Below are positions 58,389-64,000 of a stretch of 64,000 nt of DNA, in pieces (within the stretch, counting starts at the first letter, position 1; the number at the start of each line of letters is the position of its first letter). The stretch spans positions 844 through 64,843 of the forward strand of contig CAYOWH010000007.1 in the NCBI GenBank assembly GCA_964407615.1, written 5' to 3'. A program made the position numbers and the translations under genes. This DNA comes from an uncultured Bacteriovoracaceae bacterium (GTDB lineage Bacteria > Bdellovibrionota > UBA2428). Under the pieces are notes generated by a model. That model had not been told where the DNA came from. It worked only from the letters and a program-made list of their open reading frames with translations, and made no database searches.

Positions 58389-60131
58389 ATGAAAAAAAAA
58401 ATTCGTCTTCTGGATCAAAATGTTATTCACCGAATTGCTGCGGGTGAAGTGGTCGAAAATCCAGCATCAGTTATTAAGGAATTGGTTGAAAATTCTTTGG
58501 ATGCAGGCGCTACTCGTATAAGCGTTAAATTAATTTCAGCCGGATTCGAATTAATCGAAGTTCAGGACAATGGGTTTGGAATGTCTCAGGAAGATCTAGA
58601 GGTTTGTTGTCAAAGACATGCAACCAGCAAAATTCATGATCTCATAGATTTAGATCATATTTCGTCTTTAGGTTTTCGAGGTGAAGCACTTGCTGCTTTG
58701 TCTGCTATTTCGCAACTTGAAATTATTTCTCGAGAAAAGGGATCACAGGAGGCCTGGATTTTAAAGAGATCAGGATCCGAATACTCCACAATGCCCTCGT
58801 CAAGAAATGTTGGTACCACACTAAGGGTTCAGCAGTTGTTCTTTAACACTCCCGTTCGACTTAAGTTTATGAAGTCTCAAAATTCTGAAGCTGCTAAATG
58901 TGTGCGCGTTTTTCACGAACTTGCCGTGGCTCATCCCGATTGCGATTTAAGTTTGTATTTGATGAGTTCTACGGGTGAAATTGACGATGAATATGTCTTT
59001 TCTTCTGCTTCTCAAATTCAGCGTGCTTGCCAGGTTTTTAAAAAAGATGAGGATTGTTTTTTCCTTTCTACACCTTCACAAGCCCCAAATGGATTAAAAA
59101 GTTTGAAGCTTATTTTTCAGAAACCGCCGTATTTTGCTCGAAATTCACGAGATATTTATTTCGTTGTAAACGGAAGATGTGTCGAAGATAAGCGGCTTCC
59201 GCATGTTTTGCGAGAAGCCTTTGGGTCTTTGATCGAAGTGGGACATTTTCCAAAAGGTATTCTCTACTTAGAGGTTGATCAAAGCGTTGTAGATATCAAC
59301 GTTCATCCTCAAAAAAAAGAAGTTCGATGGAGTCAGGATTTTCCTCTTTATTCGGTGATTTATGAAACTCTCAAGGAAAAATTAAATCCAGTTTCTTTGC
59401 AGAAAACTTTTCCCTCAGATCTTGCTCCCTCTCTTTTTTCCAGCAACACAATTAATTTGCAACAATCACAAGCTTTAGCATCCGTAGATCATTTTTTTGA
59501 TTCAACTGTTTCTCGCAACCATCTTTCTGTCGTTGAAGAAAAGACAAATGCTTTATTTTTTTCGCAATTAAAAGTTATCGGCGAGGTGGGGGCTGCTTGG
59601 ATTATTTGTGAATCTCCTGAGGGGCTGATTGTGGTTGATCAGCATGCGGCTCACGAGCGAGTGCGTTTTCATGAGTTCATGAAGAAGGATTTGTTTCCCT
59701 CAACAGCTTTACTTTTACCTTTGAAGGTAAAAGTTCCACTAGCTGCTAGAGGAGGTGAAGAAAAAATTCTTCAAGCATTTGAGGGTTTTGGCTTTGAGGG
59801 TCATCTTAATTCTCAGGGTGAATTAGAGTTTTTTAGTGAGCCAAAAACAGAGCGAAAAGTAAAATGGAAAGATGTTTTTGAAGAACTTTTTGAGCGCTCT
59901 CAAGAAAGTGAAAACTTATCATCTTTACTTCAGCAGCTTAAGATTTGGATAGCAAGTTCCCTTGCTTGTCATGGCAGTGTGCGCAGGGGGCAGCGTCTGA
60001 CAAACGATGAAATCAAGCAACTTCTCATTCAATTGGACCAAGTTGATTGGAAGGAGTTTTGTCCTCATGGGCGACCCACGTGGATATCTTTTTCTCATTC
60101 AAAACTTGAAGAGGAATTTCATCGTTCATGA
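58389..60131 (+). CDS. mutL: DNA mismatch repair endonuclease MutL
   Basis: IAAGEVVENP, ELVENSLDAG, HATSKI, GFRGEAL, DQHAAHER, ACH, CPHGRP. Confidence 0.95.
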   Translation: MKKKIRLLDQNVIHRIAAGEVVENPASVIKELVENSLDAGATRISVKLISAGFELIEVQDNGFGMSQEDLEVCCQRHATSKIHDLIDLDHISSLGFRGEALAALSAISQLEIISREKGSQEAWILKRSGSEYSTMPSSRNVGTTLRVQQLFFNTPVRLKFMKSQNSEAAKCVRVFHELAVAHPDCDLSLYLMSSTGEIDDEYVFSSASQIQRACQVFKKDEDCFFLSTPSQAPNGLKSLKLIFQKPPYFARNSRDIYFVVNGRCVEDKRLPHVLREAFGSLIEVGHFPKGILYLEVDQSVVDINVHPQKKEVRWSQDFPLYSVIYETLKEKLNPVSLQKTFPSDLAPSLFSSNTINLQQSQALASVDHFFDSTVSRNHLSVVEEKTNALFFSQLKVIGEVGAAWIICESPEGLIVVDQHAAHERVRFHEFMKKDLFPSTALLLPLKVKVPLAARGGEEKILQAFEGFGFEGHLNSQGELEFFSEPKTERKVKWKDVFEELFERSQESENLSSLLQQLKIWIASSLACHGSVRRGQRLTNDEIKQLLIQLDQVDWKEFCPHGRPTWISFSHSKLEEEFHRS

Positions 60132-61006
60132 AGTTGCAGAGAAAATTTATTTCTTCGATAGAGGAGTGGACACAGAGTGTTCCTCTCTCTGTTTTGGGTC
60201 CTACAGGTAGTGGAAAGACCACTGCCGTTTTAAGTTTTTTAAAAAAATATAACTTAAAGCCCACGCTTGTCAGTCTAGATTCTGTTGCTGCTTATAAAGA
60301 GCTAAATATAGGTTCCTCTAAGCCTCTGGGTGAAGAGCGTTTCTCTCACAATTGGATTGGACTTGATCTTGTTCCTTTAAATGAAAAAATAAATGCCTCT
60401 ATTATGAAATCGGCAGTCCTTGAGGGATTACAAGAAAAAGTATCATCATCGCTTGTTTTTGTGGGAGGAACTCATTTTTATGAGCGGTTCATTTTAGAAG
60501 GAGCAGCGCCAGGGGAAGCAAGTGATCGAGCTTTTGTGGGAGATTTAGAATCACAAGGTGCGCTCAAAACTTTAGAAGCCTTAGTGAAGGTTGATTCTCG
60601 TTGGGGTGATTTCTTACATCTCAACGACCTTTTTCGAATTTTTCGGTACGGTGATTTAGTTTTAAGGCAGGGTTTTAGTTATGATGTCCTTCGCGCAGGA
60701 AGTGATCAGGCGCTTTTTCCCTTAGTTGAAACCTTGGTTCTCCAAGTTGAAAAAGAAGTTCTCGAAGAAAAGTTGAGATTACGAATCGATCAAATGTTTG
60801 AGTTAGGTTGGATAGAAGAGGTTGAATCCTTATTAAAAAAATATCCTTCTGATTCCTATGGATTACAGACCATCGGATATGTCGAAGTTGTGGAGTTTCT
60901 TTGTAAGGGAAAAATGAGTTTGGAAGAACTCAAAGAGAAAATTCTGATTCGCCATCGTCAGTTGGCAAAGCAGCAGCGAACATGGTTGCGCTCCTTGAAT
61001 CGTTAA
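60128..61006 (+). CDS. miaA: tRNA dimethylallyltransferase (divergent)
   Basis: GPTGSGKT, DSVAAYKELNIGSSKP, VGGT, IGY, RQLAKQQRTW; follows mutL. Confidence 0.85.
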   Translation: MKLQRKFISSIEEWTQSVPLSVLGPTGSGKTTAVLSFLKKYNLKPTLVSLDSVAAYKELNIGSSKPLGEERFSHNWIGLDLVPLNEKINASIMKSAVLEGLQEKVSSSLVFVGGTHFYERFILEGAAPGEASDRAFVGDLESQGALKTLEALVKVDSRWGDFLHLNDLFRIFRYGDLVLRQGFSYDVLRAGSDQALFPLVETLVLQVEKEVLEEKLRLRIDQMFELGWIEEVESLLKKYPSDSYGLQTIGYVEVVEFLCKGKMSLEELKEKILIRHRQLAKQQRTWLRSLNR

Positions 61007-63171
61007 TTCTGAATACGGTCAACCGAGATAATACCGTCGAGTTGCTCAATCTCTCGAATACAATCGTGAAGTTGAATTTTATCGCTAACTTCAAGATCAA
61101 AAATACCCGTTGCTTTTTTATCGTTTCGTGCGCGAATGTTCGCTGATTTTATGTTGACTCCCTTTTCCGATATGACTTGTGAAACTTTATTCAAAATACC
61201 GGGCTCATCTTTACAGAAAATTTTAATTCGAACCATGAGGTTGCGAATATTGGGGTTAACATCCCAGATGACATCAATTGCTCTGTTTGGATCGAGATCA
61301 AGAATTTTTTTGCAATCAAGTTTGTGGATCATCACGCCTTTTCCTCGCGCTATGTAACCAACGATTTCTTCTCCTGGTAAGGGGTTACAACATTTTCCAA
61401 AGCGAACAAGAACTTCATCTTCTAATCCTCTAATTTTAATTAAGGATCGAGGTCTTGTTTTGGAGGCGCCATTGAGGGGAGTCTTTTTCTTGGCTTCGGG
61501 CGTTTCAGATTCAATAGGTTTTGAATCGGGAAAGATAAATTCCAAAAGCTTTTCAGGTCCAGCTTTTCCGTATCCAATAGAAATAAGCATTTCATCGAAA
61601 GAAGCAAAAGAAAGTTTGGAAACAACCTCTTCTAGATCTTTTCTTTTTTCAATCTTGGTCATGCTTTCACCAAGACGTTTGCATTCTCGTTCTAAGATTT
61701 CGAGACCCAGATCACGTGCACGAGCGCGTTCTTCAGAGCGAATAACTTGCCTGATTTTAGCTTTTGCACGACTTGTTTTGACAATCTTGAGCCAATCTTT
61801 GTTGGGTCGAGCGGTTGGGCTTGTAAGGATTTCAACAGTGTCACCTGAGCGAAGCTTGTGTTTGAGAGGAACGATCCTTCCGTTTACTTTCGCTCCTAGG
61901 CATTTGTTGCCTACTTCCGTGTGAACAGTATAAGCAAAATCCAAAGGAGTGGCGCCGGATGAAAGTTCGTAGATTTGTCCTTTGGGGGAAAACACATAGA
62001 TATCACTCATAAACAATTCAAGTTTGAGTGATTCGAGATATTCAGAGGGACTTTCAGAATCTTGGTTCTCGGCTAGTTTGCGTAGCCAGTGGAATTTTGA
62101 GCTATCTTTTTCGCTTAATCGACCGCTTTTGTATTCCCAATGAGCTGCAACCCCTAATTCCGCAACCTTATGCATTTCTTGAGTTCGAATCTGAATCTCT
62201 AAACGCTCGCCATAGGGTCCGATCACAGTTGTATGGAGTGATTGATACATGTTGTTCTTAGGCATCGCTATATAGTCTTTAAAGCGACCAGGAACGGGTT
62301 TAAAAAACGAATGAACGATACCTAACACTTCATAGCACTCACTCATTTTTTTTGTGAGTATTCGAAAGCCAACAATATCGTGAATGTCTTCGAAGTTAAC
62401 TTGTTGTGTCTCCATTTTTTTAAAGATGGAGTAAAAATGTTTTGCTCTGCCTACAACGTCTACCTTAAGGCCGTATTGAGACACTTTATCGGTGATGATT
62501 CGAATCAGGTTTTGAATGTATTCGTCACGTTCTGCCTTTTTCTTGCTTATGAGTTGAGTTATTTTTTTATAAACATCAGGCTTGATGTATTTGAAGCTCA
62601 AATCTTCGAGCTCAATTTTCATCCAGCTAATACCAAGCCTGTTTGCAAGGGGTGCGTAAATTTCAATTGTTTCTTCGGCAATCTTTTGTTGTTTTTCAGC
62701 TTGCAGGTGATGAAGCGTGCGCATGTTGTGTGTGCGGTCTGCAAGTTTAACAAAAATCACCCGAATGTCTTTGGCCATCGCTAAAACCATCTTGCGAAAG
62801 TTTTCAGCTTGTTTTTCGTGACTGGTACTAAACTTGATTTGAGAAATTTTTGTAACGCCATCAACAAGAAAAGCTATTTCTTGTCCAAATTCCTTTTTGA
62901 CATCTTCAAGGGTTGCAGGAGTGTCTTCAACGGTATCGTGAAGAATGCCTGTGATGATGGATGGAAGGTCCATTTTCATAGTGGCAAGAATTTTTGCAAC
63001 GCTTAGGGGATGAACGATATAGTCTTCGCCAGATTTTCTCTTTTGTCCTTCGTGTCGAGAGTGAGAGAATTTATAGGCACGTTCAACGAGGCCGAAATCG
63101 GCATCGGGGTAATAAGTTTTGATAACCGCATTTACTTCTTCAAGAGTTATGTCGTTATCGAATTCTTCCAT
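61003..63171 (-). CDS. rel: Long bifunctional RelA/SpoT homologue (Rel)
   Basis: RKSGEDYIVHP, intact HDTVED hydrolase motif, KDYI, YQSLHT, EIQIRT; TGS, ZFD and ACT domains. Confidence 0.95.
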   Translation of the reverse strand: MEEFDNDITLEEVNAVIKTYYPDADFGLVERAYKFSHSRHEGQKRKSGEDYIVHPLSVAKILATMKMDLPSIITGILHDTVEDTPATLEDVKKEFGQEIAFLVDGVTKISQIKFSTSHEKQAENFRKMVLAMAKDIRVIFVKLADRTHNMRTLHHLQAEKQQKIAEETIEIYAPLANRLGISWMKIELEDLSFKYIKPDVYKKITQLISKKKAERDEYIQNLIRIITDKVSQYGLKVDVVGRAKHFYSIFKKMETQQVNFEDIHDIVGFRILTKKMSECYEVLGIVHSFFKPVPGRFKDYIAMPKNNMYQSLHTTVIGPYGERLEIQIRTQEMHKVAELGVAAHWEYKSGRLSEKDSSKFHWLRKLAENQDSESPSEYLESLKLELFMSDIYVFSPKGQIYELSSGATPLDFAYTVHTEVGNKCLGAKVNGRIVPLKHKLRSGDTVEILTSPTARPNKDWLKIVKTSRAKAKIRQVIRSEERARARDLGLEILERECKRLGESMTKIEKRKDLEEVVSKLSFASFDEMLISIGYGKAGPEKLLEFIFPDSKPIESETPEAKKKTPLNGASKTRPRSLIKIRGLEDEVLVRFGKCCNPLPGEEIVGYIARGKGVMIHKLDCKKILDLDPNRAIDVIWDVNPNIRNLMVRIKIFCKDEPGILNKVSQVISEKGVNIKSANIRARNDKKATGIFDLEVSDKIQLHDCIREIEQLDGIISVDRIQN

Positions 63172-63186
63172 TGTTAATGAGTTTTA

Positions 63187-63786
63187 TTAACCCTGTAATT
63201 TTTTTCGGATGATAGACTCAATTTCTAAAGTCACGCGATCTAAGCGATCGTTTAATACAGAGTAGTCAAATTCTTCTATGCGACTGAGTTCTCTTCGAGC
63301 ATTTTCAAGGCGTCGGCGAATATCGTCTTCGTTTTCTGTTCCTCTTTTACGCAAGCGTGTTTCTAAAACGTCAAAATCTGGTGGTTTAATAAAAAAGGTC
63401 AAGGCTTTGGGGTAGGTTGCTTTGATAGAAGCTGCGCCTTGCACGTCGAGAGTGAGAAATAAGATGGCACCTTCTTTAAGGGCTTCATCGATAAACTTTT
63501 TAGTTGTCCCATAACGATATCCGTGAACTATTGCCCATTCGGCAAGTTCTTTTTTTTCAATGAGTTGATCAAAATCACTATCACTCACAAAGACATAATC
63601 TTGATTGGGTATTTCTGTGCTTCTTTGAGGACGAGTCGTGATGCTGATACTTCTTCGAGAATTTTCAAAGCGCGACATAAGCTCACGAGTAAGGGTTGTT
63701 TTACCTCCGCCACTAGGAGCGGAGATCACAACAAGCATCGAAGAATGGTTGGATGAATGGTGGCTCAAATGAGAGGCTTTATCCAT
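63187..63786 (-). CDS. gmk: Guanylate kinase
   Basis: SAPSGGGKT, SITTRPQR, YGT, LDVQGA, RLRKRGTE. Confidence 0.95.
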   Translation of the reverse strand: MDKASHLSHHSSNHSSMLVVISAPSGGGKTTLTRELMSRFENSRRSISITTRPQRSTEIPNQDYVFVSDSDFDQLIEKKELAEWAIVHGYRYGTTKKFIDEALKEGAILFLTLDVQGAASIKATYPKALTFFIKPPDFDVLETRLRKRGTENEDDIRRRLENARRELSRIEEFDYSVLNDRLDRVTLEIESIIRKKLQG

Positions 63787-63817
63787 TTTGCCATCCTAGG
63801 CTCTGTCGTTTAAATCA

Positions 63818-64000
63818 TCAAGGACTCGGCTGAGACTCTTTCGGGAGAAGATTTGAAAACCTATCAGACAAAGTTTCTCTTGCTAAAGAAGATAAAACAA
63901 TATGTTGAGAGTCTAAGACGACTAGTGACTTTACTTTTCGTCCTTTTGTCGCGTCTATTACTCGGTGCATGCGCTCCATGTCTTGGCAGTATCTTCTCAA
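63818..64000 (-). CDS. DUF370/RemA family protein, 3' part (5' end outside window)
   Basis: ATKGRKVKSLVVLDSQHIVLS..ETL; position upstream of gmk. Confidence 0.8.
   Translation of the reverse strand: MRRYCQDMERMHRVIDATKGRKVKSLVVLDSQHIVLSSLARETLSDRFSNLLPKESQPSP

Noticed and set aside
1-64000. CRISPR array, prophage or intact IS element
   Set aside because: No regularly spaced repeats, cas, structural phage or transposase motifs seen by eye.

Overview
AT-rich, densely packed bacterial chromosomal segment with no phage, CRISPR array or intact transposase. The gene mix (hybrid malic enzyme MaeB, one TolQ-like plus two ExbD-like motor genes, Ser/Thr kinase, subtilase, many signal-peptide orphans, DUF370-gmk-rel) suggests a Bdellovibrionota-like organism; this is inference, not a database result. 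Two RNA genes were read directly from the sequence: tRNA-Arg(CCU) at 1419-1493 and tmRNA at 42230-42587 with tag (A)GTNQLALAA. A decayed integrase-like 3' fragment runs into the tmRNA 3' end. Housekeeping blocks (yebC-aroB-aroA, two ABC-F ATPases, DEAD-box helicase, mutL-miaA, rel-gmk) alternate with accessory patches. Best leads: (1) a receiver-less sigma54 activator flanked by two consensus -24/-12 promoters driving two small-protein genes; (2) an EPSP synthase with Ala at the Gly96-equivalent glyphosate site; (3) a PtsG-like EIICB paired with a LacG-like 6-phospho-beta-glycosidase; (4) a perfect 14-bp palindrome over the umuDC promoter; (5) a Fur-like box followed by a GC-rich structured intergenic segment; (6) a PfpI homologue with Cys replaced by Ser; (7) a deletion scar joining two 5'-truncated genes. 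All family calls rest on motifs recognised by eye and need HMM or BLAST confirmation.
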